DNA of 64,000 bases from NCBI GenBank assembly GCA_034530615.2, contig JAVRCV020000008.1, positions 128,001 to 192,000 of the forward strand. The letters run 5' to 3'. This document shows positions 28,862-37,441 of the stretch, in pieces. Made by a program: the position numbers and the translations under genes. The stretch's first letter is position 1. Each line of letters starts with the position of its first letter. The notes beneath the pieces were generated by a model. It did no database searches, was not told the DNA's origin, and worked only from the letters and a program-made list of their open reading frames with translations. Source of the DNA: Aulosira sp. ZfuVER01. Lineage in GTDB: Bacteria; Cyanobacteriota; Cyanobacteriia; Cyanobacteriales; Nostocaceae.

Positions 28862-31057
28862 ATGCTGAAGCAGCTTAAAAAAAATCCAATTCCTCTAATT
28901 GCTGGTGCGGGACTATGTGCCTTTTTAGCCGGGGCAATGGTGTCAGCACCTGAGATTGGAAAGTCCTTAGGGCAATGGCTAAAACATGGCAATAATTCAC
29001 CTGAGCAGATATCGGAAACCACCAAAGCCAAATCAGCCGTTTACCCACTGGTATCACAATCTCTGCCAGAAAGAGCAGCAAAACTAGCAGATCTCGCGCA
29101 AAATTCTCGCTCTGCCGATCGAGAGCGTGCGCGTTATCTATTGGCTAGTGATTACATTGAAAGAACACAAGCGAAAAAAGCACTGGTTTTACTAGAAGGA
29201 TTGGAGAAAGACTATCCACTCCTCGCTCCTTACATTTTGCTGAAACAGGCCCAAGCTCAAGATATGTTGGGTCAAGATGGCAAAGCCTCAGATCTGCGGC
29301 AACAAGTGCTGAAACAGTATCCGAAAACAGCCGCCGCAGTTAAAGCCATCTATCTAATTGCCCAACCAAAGCAACAGAATTTAGCGATCGCGCAATTTCC
29401 CTCTCATCCCCTAACCTGGGAAATTATCCGCAAGCGCCTCGATGAAAATCCTAATCAGCCACAATTACAATTAATTTTGGCAAAATACGCTGCTAACCAA
29501 CCAGGGACAGTTAGCGTTCTGGATAACCTAGCAAAAAGTTTCACTCTCAAACCCGAAGATTGGGAAATTATTGGTACAGCTTACTGGACAAATAATATAT
29601 TTGACAAAGCTGCCAATGCTTATGCTAAAGCACCCAAAACACCACTTAACCTCTACCGTGCTGGACGGGGTTTGCAAGTAACAGGTAAGGAAAAAGAGAA
29701 AGCGATCGCAATTTATAAACAATTGGTACAGCAATTTCCCGAAGCGCCAGAAAGCGGAACTGCTTTATTGCGGTTAGCAGAAATGGCAAAAACCCGCAAA
29801 GATGCCTTACCATATCTTGACCAAGCGATCGCCAAATTTCCTGATGCAGCTAGTAAAGCATTGGTAGAAAAAGCCAAAATTTTCCAAGGGCTCAAAGATA
29901 ATAAGTCAGCCCAGCAAACATGGCAATTATTGATTGCCAAATACGGCAATTCTGATGAGGCTGCCGAATATCGCTGGAAAATAGCCCAAGAAAAGGCCGC
30001 CGCCAAAGACTATACAAGTGCATGGCAATGGGCAGAACCAATTACTACCAACAACCCCACCAGCATTTTGGCTCCTAGGGCAGGTTTTTGGGTAGGTAAA
30101 TGGGCAACTCAATTAGGAAAACAGCAAGAAGCGAAAACCGCTTATGAATATGTAATTAGCCAGTTTCCTTACTCCTACTATGCATGGAGATCGGCTGCAA
30201 TCTTGGGGCTGAATGTCGGTAACTTTAATACCGTGCGCCAACTCCAGCCGGAAGTAGTTCCACCCCAACGTCCTGTACCAACCGCTGGTTCAGAAACTTT
30301 CAAAGAATTGTATCTTTTAGGCCAAGACCGAGATGCTTGGTTGCAATGGGAGACAGAATTTCAAAATAAAGACAAGCCTACGGTGGCAGAACAATTCACT
30401 GAAGGTTTAATGCAACTAGCCAGAGGCGAAAATAAATTAGGAATTGACACCATTTCTAAATTAGAAGATCGAGAAACCCCAGAAGAACAAGCCGAATATC
30501 AAGCTCTTAGCAAACAAAGCATTTACTGGCAAGCTCGTTATCCCTTTCCTTATCTGCAAGAAATTGAAAAGTGGTCTACCGAACGTCAACTAAATCCTTT
30601 GTTAGTAACCGCTTTGATTCGTCAAGAGTCGCGGTTTGAATCTAAAGCCAAATCCATCGCCAATGCTATGGGGTTAATGCAAGTTTTACCAAGCACAGCT
30701 AATTGGATCGCACCACAAATTAAGGTAGATAGCAAAAAAATTAAGCTAGATGATCCGAACGACAATATTATGCTAGGGACTTGGTATTTGGATCATACTC
30801 ATCAGCAATATAACAATAACTCCCTGCTAGCGATCGCCAGTTACAACGCTGGCCCAGGTAACGTTTCCAAATGGCTGCAAACCATACCCACCCAAGACCC
30901 AGATGAATTTGTCGAAAAAATCCCCTTCGATGAAACTAAAAATTACGTGCGTCAAGTTTTGGGTAACTATTGGAATTATTTGCGGCTATACAACCCAGAA
31001 ATTTCTACCTTAGTTGGACAATACTCAGCGACACACCCTAAATTGCCAACGCAGTGA
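28862..31057 (+). CDS. Soluble lytic transglycosylase (Slt-like) with TPR-like helical region
   Basis: ALIRQESRF, AMGLMQV, ASYNAGPGNV and ETKNYV. Confidence 0.92.
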   Translation: MLKQLKKNPIPLIAGAGLCAFLAGAMVSAPEIGKSLGQWLKHGNNSPEQISETTKAKSAVYPLVSQSLPERAAKLADLAQNSRSADRERARYLLASDYIERTQAKKALVLLEGLEKDYPLLAPYILLKQAQAQDMLGQDGKASDLRQQVLKQYPKTAAAVKAIYLIAQPKQQNLAIAQFPSHPLTWEIIRKRLDENPNQPQLQLILAKYAANQPGTVSVLDNLAKSFTLKPEDWEIIGTAYWTNNIFDKAANAYAKAPKTPLNLYRAGRGLQVTGKEKEKAIAIYKQLVQQFPEAPESGTALLRLAEMAKTRKDALPYLDQAIAKFPDAASKALVEKAKIFQGLKDNKSAQQTWQLLIAKYGNSDEAAEYRWKIAQEKAAAKDYTSAWQWAEPITTNNPTSILAPRAGFWVGKWATQLGKQQEAKTAYEYVISQFPYSYYAWRSAAILGLNVGNFNTVRQLQPEVVPPQRPVPTAGSETFKELYLLGQDRDAWLQWETEFQNKDKPTVAEQFTEGLMQLARGENKLGIDTISKLEDRETPEEQAEYQALSKQSIYWQARYPFPYLQEIEKWSTERQLNPLLVTALIRQESRFESKAKSIANAMGLMQVLPSTANWIAPQIKVDSKKIKLDDPNDNIMLGTWYLDHTHQQYNNNSLLAIASYNAGPGNVSKWLQTIPTQDPDEFVEKIPFDETKNYVRQVLGNYWNYLRLYNPEISTLVGQYSATHPKLPTQ

Positions 31058-31060
31058 AGA

Positions 31061-31208
31061 AAGGCAGAGGGCAGAAGGCAGAAGGGACAACAGAGACAAG
31101 GAGGACAAGGGGGACAAGGGAGTGTGGGGAGAAATGGCACAAGGGAAGGGAGAATAACAAATGACGAATGCCCAATGCCCCATGCCCCATGCCCAATGCC
31201 CAATGCCC
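31061..31208. repeat. Short tandem heptamer repeats (STRR-type)
   Basis: ggcagaa and ggacaag runs; (a/c)atgccc x6 at 31167-31208. Confidence 0.8.
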
Positions 31209-31246
31209 AGTAAAATAGTTAGCAAATGTTGCCTAATCGCTGAATC

Positions 31247-32083
31247 ATGACGCCACAAAATTTAGACACTGTACCGCAGTCCGATTCGTCAGGGGAATTC
31301 CCAGATGCAGCTGCTACAACTTCTCCTAATATCGACGTGGAAGGATATGGCGACTCTGATATCGATCCGCTTGATGAGTTGCCAGGTGAAGTCGAAATGT
31401 CGTTTTTCGACCACCTAGAAGAGTTGCGACAGCGGATTTTTTATGTGCTAATTGCTGTTGCAGTAGGTGTTGTAGGCTGTTTTTTCAACGTCAGGCCAAT
31501 TGTCCAGCTATTAGAAGTTCCAGCACAGGGAGTAAAATTTCTCCAACTTGCTCCTGGGGAATATTTCTTTGTCTCTTTGAAAGTTGCAGCCTACAGTGGC
31601 TTATTACTTTCTACTCCTTTCATCCTTTACCAAATTATTCAGTTTGTGCTTCCCGGACTAACTCGCCGCGAACGCCGCTTGCTAGGGCCTGTAGTTTTAG
31701 GCTCGAGTGTGCTATTTGCGGCTGGGTTAGCATTTGGTTATTTTCTGCTTATCCCCGCGGCGTTGAAGTTTTTCATCAGCTATGGTGCAGATGTAGTAGA
31801 ACAGCTTTGGTCAATTGAAAAATACTTTGAATTTGTGTTGTTGCTATTATTTAGCACAGGCATAGCATTTCAAATTCCTGTTATTCAACTACTGCTTGGT
31901 GCGTTGGGAATTGTTTCTTCGCAACAAATGTTTTCTGGTTGGCGTTACGTAATTATGGGTGCAGTGGTTTTAGGTGCTGTCCTCACTCCTTCTACTGACC
32001 CCCTAACTCAAAGTCTCTTAGCAGGTGCAGTGCTAGGGCTTTATTTTGGTGGTATTGGTTTAGTAAAGCTAACAGGTAAATGA
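31247..32083 (+). CDS. tatC: Twin-arginine translocase subunit TatC
   Basis: [24 protein letters not shown] and LTPSTDP; multiple TM helices. Confidence 0.96.
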   Translation: MTPQNLDTVPQSDSSGEFPDAAATTSPNIDVEGYGDSDIDPLDELPGEVEMSFFDHLEELRQRIFYVLIAVAVGVVGCFFNVRPIVQLLEVPAQGVKFLQLAPGEYFFVSLKVAAYSGLLLSTPFILYQIIQFVLPGLTRRERRLLGPVVLGSSVLFAAGLAFGYFLLIPAALKFFISYGADVVEQLWSIEKYFEFVLLLLFSTGIAFQIPVIQLLLGALGIVSSQQMFSGWRYVIMGAVVLGAVLTPSTDPLTQSLLAGAVLGLYFGGIGLVKLTGK

Positions 32084-32153
32084 ATGAGGAATATAAGGCA
32101 GGGGGGACAGGGGAATGAGAGATACAAATGACCAATGACGACCTTGAAAATTA

Positions 32154-32489
32154 ATGCCACAAATCACATATCAAGACTTTGAAAAAGTCGAAATTCGAGT
32201 TGGGAAAGTTATAGAAGTGGCCGATTTTACCACTGCTAGAAAACCAGCCTATAAACTTTGGATAGATTTTGGGGATTTGGGCATTAAAAAATCTAGTGCC
32301 CAAATTACTAAGCTTTATCAGCCAGAGGATTTAGTTAACAAATTAATCCTAGCTGTCACCAACTTTCCACCTCGCCAAATTGCAGATTTTATGTCTGAAG
32401 TTTTGGTTTTGGGAGTAGTTCTCGATCGTGGCGAAGTAGTTTTAATTCAGCCGGATCGAGATGTAGCTTTGGGCAAAAGAATTTTATAG
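32154..32489 (+). CDS. csaA: tRNA-binding protein / CsaA chaperone
   Basis: DFEKVEIRVG, SSAQIT and NFPPRQIADFMSEVLVLG. Confidence 0.9.
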   Translation: MPQITYQDFEKVEIRVGKVIEVADFTTARKPAYKLWIDFGDLGIKKSSAQITKLYQPEDLVNKLILAVTNFPPRQIADFMSEVLVLGVVLDRGEVVLIQPDRDVALGKRIL

Positions 32490-32558
32490 TAACTCTTACA
32501 TAGCAATCCTTTTAGCTTTGGTTATATATATTTAAACAAGCCAATTGTCAAGAGTATT

Positions 32559-32879
32559 TTACAATATCCACTCCGAAGAACGCTCACCTAAATCAAGGGG
32601 AATACTCACAGCTTTGCCCAATCGGGGGCGATCGCGTGTTTGTGTAATAAATGTTTGGACTTGTGTGGTTCCACCTAAGGCATGAAGATAATTGGCAATG
32701 CTATCAAGATGGGCTTGGTACTCCTCTTCACTCAAAGGAAAAGAGGCTTGCTCTAAATATTTCCACATGACTTGGAGAAATATTTTTCCCTGAGATCGCC
32801 GCAACTGCACATCGTAGGAGCGTCCCCACTTATCAAGCAACAGTTGACGTAATTCCTGTCCTGTCATACGTTGTCTCAA
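32559..32879 (-). CDS. DUF3067 family protein
   Basis: KWGRSYDVQL, LQVMWKYLEQASFPL and RPRLGKAVSIPL. Confidence 0.85.
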   Translation of the reverse strand: MRQRMTGQELRQLLLDKWGRSYDVQLRRSQGKIFLQVMWKYLEQASFPLSEEEYQAHLDSIANYLHALGGTTQVQTFITQTRDRPRLGKAVSIPLDLGERSSEWIL

Positions 32880-33096
32880 TTAGATTTTACATTTAGTTAT
32901 GATGTTAAGTTCCGTAACTCAAGTATGATAAGGATATAAAGAAATGTAATGCTAACAGAAAAGATGCTAGAAATATCTTGGAACAGAGAAGTATGGCATT
33001 TTTGTGGGCGTTAGCATTTCGACTTAGATAAGAGTTGCTCAACTACTAGTACTCTTATCAAAATGCTTAACAAAATACACAAAGAGCGCGTAGATT

Positions 33097-33636
33097 ATGG
33101 CTCAATTTTCTGAATCAGCAGACGTGCCCGATATGGGGCGTCGTCAATTCATGAATCTGCTCACTTTTGGAACCGTCACTGGAGTGGCTCTGGGTGCATT
33201 GTATCCCGTTGTCAAGTATTTTATTCCACCTGCTGCTGGTGGCGCTGGTGGCGGTACAACAGCAAAAGATGAGCTGGGCAACGATGTTAGTGTCAGCAAG
33301 TTTCTAGCAAGCCATAATGTAGGCGATCGCGCCCTAGTTCAAGGACTCAAGGGCGACCCCACTTATCTTGTCGTAGAAAGCAAAGAAGCGATCGGCGATT
33401 ACGGCATTAATGCCATCTGCACCCATTTAGGATGTGTTGTCCCCTGGAATGTGGCAGAGAACAAGTTTAAATGTCCTTGTCACGGTTCCCAATACGACGC
33501 AACAGGTAAAGTTGTCCGCGGCCCAGCACCTCTGTCTTTGGCTTTGGCTCATACCAAAGTCCAAGACGACAAAGTCGTCGTTAGTCCTTGGACTGAAACC
33601 GACTTCCGCACCGGCGAAGAACCTTGGTGGGGTTAA
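33097..33636 (+). CDS. petC: Cytochrome b6f Rieske Fe-S subunit
   Basis: Tat signal RRQFMN; CTHLGC and CPCHGS. Confidence 0.98.
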   Translation: MAQFSESADVPDMGRRQFMNLLTFGTVTGVALGALYPVVKYFIPPAAGGAGGGTTAKDELGNDVSVSKFLASHNVGDRALVQGLKGDPTYLVVESKEAIGDYGINAICTHLGCVVPWNVAENKFKCPCHGSQYDATGKVVRGPAPLSLALAHTKVQDDKVVVSPWTETDFRTGEEPWWG

Positions 33637-33871
33637 GACTTTTAGTCATAAAGTCAATAGTCAAAAGTCCTTAGTGTAAACCATTGACTGTTGACTGTTG
33701 ACTAATGACAAATGACCAATGACCCTTCGGGTGACGCTCCTTCTCCCAAGGGGAGACGTTACGCGAACGTCGCTAACGCTGCGCTAACACCAGTTGCTCA
33801 TGGGGGGAATCCCCAAGACTGCACTGGTTCACCAATGACTAATTCACGAGAGAATCGTTGCCCTTATAGAG

Positions 33872-34873
33872 ATGAGAAATGCTTCGATAACAGCGAGGTT
33901 AACTCGCAGTACTAGAGCAATAGTCAAAATATTGCTCATAGCGATCGCTACCGTGACATTCTACTTCACCAGCGATTTAGCCCTACCACAATCTGCTGCT
34001 GCCTATCCTTTCTGGGCCCAGCAAACCTATCCAGAAACACCCCGCGAACCGACTGGGCGCATTGTTTGCGCTAACTGTCACTTAGCCGCAAAGCCGACAC
34101 AAGTGGAAGTTCCCCAATCAGTGCTACCTGACACTGTGTTCAAAGCTGTGGTGAAAATTCCCTACGATACCAGCGTCCAGCAGGTAGGTGCTGATGGTTC
34201 TAAAGTCGGCTTAAACGTCGGCGCGGTATTGATGCTACCCGAAGGCTTCAAGATTGCTCCTGAAGACCGTATTTCCGAAGAACTGAAAGAAGAAGTAGGC
34301 GATACTTACTTCCAAACTTACAGCGAAGATAAAGAAAATGTTGTCATCGTCGGCCCTTTACCTGGTGAACAGTATCAGGAAATCGTCTTCCCAGTTCTTT
34401 CTCCCAACCCCGCAACTGATAAAAATATCCACTTTGGTAAATATTCAGTTCACGTAGGTGGTAATCGCGGACGCGGACAAGTTTATCCAACTGGTGAAAA
34501 GAGCAACAACTCTGTTTATAACGCTTCTGCTGCTGGTACCGTCTCTAAGATTGCCAAAGAAGAAGATGGAGACGGTAACGTCAAATATGTAGTCAGCATC
34601 AAAACCGATGCTGGGGAAGTGGTCACAGATACGATTCCTTTAGGACCAGAACTGATTGTTTCCGAAGGGCAAACAGTAAAAGCTGGTGATGCTTTGACTA
34701 ACAATCCCAACGTTGGCGGATTTGGTCAAAGAGATGCAGAGATTGTATTGCAAGACGCTAGTCGAGTCAAATGGTTGATCGCATTCATCGCGCTTGTGAT
34801 GATGGCTCAAGTCATGCTAGTGCTGAAGAAGAAGCAGGTTGAGAAAGTCCAAGCTGCTGAGATGAATTTCTAA
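33872..34873 (+). CDS. petA: Apocytochrome f
   Basis: YPFWAQQ and CANCH; C-terminal [15 protein letters not shown]. Confidence 0.98.
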   Translation: MRNASITARLTRSTRAIVKILLIAIATVTFYFTSDLALPQSAAAYPFWAQQTYPETPREPTGRIVCANCHLAAKPTQVEVPQSVLPDTVFKAVVKIPYDTSVQQVGADGSKVGLNVGAVLMLPEGFKIAPEDRISEELKEEVGDTYFQTYSEDKENVVIVGPLPGEQYQEIVFPVLSPNPATDKNIHFGKYSVHVGGNRGRGQVYPTGEKSNNSVYNASAAGTVSKIAKEEDGDGNVKYVVSIKTDAGEVVTDTIPLGPELIVSEGQTVKAGDALTNNPNVGGFGQRDAEIVLQDASRVKWLIAFIALVMMAQVMLVLKKKQVEKVQAAEMNF

Positions 34874-34898
34874 ATTATTTGTGAATTCATTTATTTAT

Positions 34899-34928
34899 AA
34901 GACAGGCTATTTGCCTGTCTTTTTTTAT
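34899..34928 (+). terminator. Rho-independent terminator of petC-petA
   Basis: aagacaggc-tattt-gcctgtctt followed by a T run. Confidence 0.8.
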
Positions 34929-34964
34929 TAAAAATCAGCAGCAAAGAGAGAAGCTAGCATTCAT

Positions 34965-35324
34965 ATGTCGAAGTTGGATATCAACATGATTAGCAAAGAA
35001 TCTGCCGAGCATTATTTATGGGGTAATAATTGTCATGGTTGGCATCTTGTGAAGCAACTAGGGTTAAGCGTGATTCAGGAAATTATGCCACCAGGAACCT
35101 CGGAAGTCAGACACTATCACCAGCAATCGCGGCAGTTTTTCTTTATCTTATCTGGAACAGCAACTTTAGAAATTGATGGTTCTTGCCAAATTATTTCTCA
35201 ACACCAAGGTGTTGAGATTCCTCCTAATACTCCTCATCAGATGCTAAATGAAAGCGATTGCGATCTAGAATTCCTGGTCATTTCCCAACCTCCCAGTCAT
35301 GGCGATCGTATTTTTGTGAGTTAG
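34965..35324 (+). CDS. Cupin domain protein
   Basis: RHYHQQSRQFFFILSG and PPNTPHQ cupin motifs. Confidence 0.85.
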   Translation: MSKLDINMISKESAEHYLWGNNCHGWHLVKQLGLSVIQEIMPPGTSEVRHYHQQSRQFFFILSGTATLEIDGSCQIISQHQGVEIPPNTPHQMLNESDCDLEFLVISQPPSHGDRIFVS

Positions 35325-35410
35325 CTGTAATTTTTGGTATCTTGCTTTCTGCTATGTCTAGCGTACTTCCAGAAGGCTATTCAGAGAATTCCTAAAAATA
35401 GGGTAAATTT

Positions 35411-35920
35411 ATGAGCAATGTTTTTGAAGCTATTGTATGTAGGAGTAATTTTGATATAGCTAAAAATTTACTTGCAACAATATCTTCAGAGCTAACGTTA
35501 GAAGTGGTAAAAATTAATGAAGCTCTATCCGTTATTTATCGAGTTGAAGAAAACAGGCATAGATTAATATTTTCTCAACAGATAGAGGATTTAGCTAGCC
35601 AACTATCATTAGAAATTTCTGCTGTTCTGGTAGTGCGCTATGATTCTAAAATTGGACATCGCTCCTCAATTTTGTTCAAGCAAGGTTTACCTATCTCCTC
35701 ATTTGATGAAAAGGATGAAATCTGGGTTTTACTAGATGAAGAAAACCCTTTAATTGATGGAGCAAGATTTTCAATAAATTCAATGAAAGATGATGAAGAA
35801 TATGAATCTATTTGTAATGCAATTGGCTTGGGTCTTCACGCTCTTGGATTAGAAAATTGGCATGAAGTTTATCCCTTCATCACATCTAAACTAATAATAA
35901 AATCCCACCTTACAAATTAA
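35411..35920 (+). CDS. Hypothetical protein (AT-rich gene)
   Basis: 169-aa ORF with a purine-rich RBS-like region; no recognised motif. Confidence 0.6.
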   Translation: MSNVFEAIVCRSNFDIAKNLLATISSELTLEVVKINEALSVIYRVEENRHRLIFSQQIEDLASQLSLEISAVLVVRYDSKIGHRSSILFKQGLPISSFDEKDEIWVLLDEENPLIDGARFSINSMKDDEEYESICNAIGLGLHALGLENWHEVYPFITSKLIIKSHLTN

Positions 35921-36167
35921 CTTAACAAGTCTAGAGTAAAATTGAAATTCAACTTAGAGAATTAAATACTGACCTAGACAGTCTTTAGCACAATTAATGC
36001 ACATTAGTCCGACCCCAGAAAGGGAAAAATAACTACTCAGTACTGTTGAGTTCGTAATACCCTATATTGTTTTTCGGGTATGACACTATCATGGCAAGTT
36101 GTAAGTTTTGTAAAGCCAAAGTTATATTTATTTATATAAAGTCATATCAATTAAACAGAGGTTTGAG

Positions 36168-36413
36168 ATGACTATTTTTATTGCATTGTTAGTTGTGGGT
36201 TAGGTATCTGCTTCAGTTATCGGCACTTTGGCTTATTTCTTGGGAGAACAAACCAAGCCTATCCACGAGCGGAACTGGCGCTCTGAGTCTTTTGAGAAGT
36301 TAGCCAAGTCTTTCACAGGCAAAGATATTGACTATAGTCAACGCACTCCTGCCTATGCTATTAATGCCTGTACCAGCCGCAATTTGCCGCTATTACAGTT
36401 AAAGAATGCTTAA
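36168..36413 (+). pseudogene. Psb35-related small membrane protein gene interrupted by an in-frame TAG
   Basis: From ATG 36168 it reads MTIFIALLVVG*VSASVIGTLAYFLGEQTKPIHERNWRSESF; the stop is at 36201-36203. Confidence 0.65.
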
Positions 36414-36598
36414 AGATATAACCCCCATCCCGAAGATTTGGGGGTTTTGCTTTACAAAAACTTTAAATAGTTGACGATATATGAAGAATATGTTAAATAT
36501 ATTAATATAAGCTTACAAAGCTAACAAATACAAATATTTAAACGACGACAACGCTGAAGAAAATCTGACATTTGGGTATTTCGGAACTTTCTTCTTCT

Positions 36599-36629
36599 AC
36601 CTCGGCTTGCGCAGCCGAGGTTTTATTTT
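36599..36629 (+). terminator. Orphan rho-independent terminator
   Basis: acctcggct-tgcgc-agccgaggt followed by a T-rich tail. Confidence 0.7.
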
Positions 36630-36764
36630 GGGGTTTTTCCTGCTCAGAGCTATCATGCGCCTTTTCGGCTTTGGAAACCCATATTTCGGTATATACCCTA
36701 GAGACATTAAGCGTTAAGAAAGTAACAATTGATTCGTATTAAGCATCTGTATCCACTCCGGAAA

Positions 36765-36802
36765 GCTCCAGAAAGACTGAGAGCAATTCTGGAGTTTTTT
36801 TT
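36765..36802 (+). terminator. Orphan rho-independent terminator
   Basis: gctccagaa...ttctggagt followed by a T run. Confidence 0.65.
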
Positions 36803-37441
36803 AGGAGCAGATAAAGGTACTATGTAGTTTTTAGTCTAAACTGTAACTTTATCTAAATAGATGAAGTAAAATTTGATTTCGAGTAGAATTATATATTGTT
36901 AACCGTAAATGTACTGAGGCTAGTAGTTGGTTTTTATCTCCAAGGAATTAGTAATTGAGTGTATCCATTTTGTCATGGTCAGACCTTAATCAACTGATAA
37001 AGTTTTCTAAAACTTTAACCACTATCTTGTCTAAGACAAGTTATGAAAGTGGCAAATTCAATCATTGGTTACGATCGCAGTTTTGCAACTAGGCAGTTGC
37101 ACCCTCACGCTTCTAGTTAAGAGAAACAATGCTTAAAGAAGCGATAGCTAGAATTCAGCATACAAAATTAGTGTAGAGTTCTTAAATGTAAGAAATTAAC
37201 CCAGAAAAATCAACTTACTGCCACTGTTGGGTATCTTATTTTGCTAATAGCTGAGTAAAATAAGCTATTTAAACAACTACCAAAATGGCAACTATCGCAA
37301 CTATTTTCAGTAAAACTTTGCAATCAATGTAAATTTTAAGCCGGATAATGTGTAGTATGTCATGGGAAATACTCCTATGGCCTATAGTAGCCAATTACCA
37401 ATAACCAAGACATATATTGAAACTGATTACCAAAACTGGGC

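Noticed and set aside
27832..28868. ORFs in the AT-rich spacer between the histidine kinase and the transglycosylase
   Set aside because: Short, biased composition and no motifs; most likely divergent promoter DNA.
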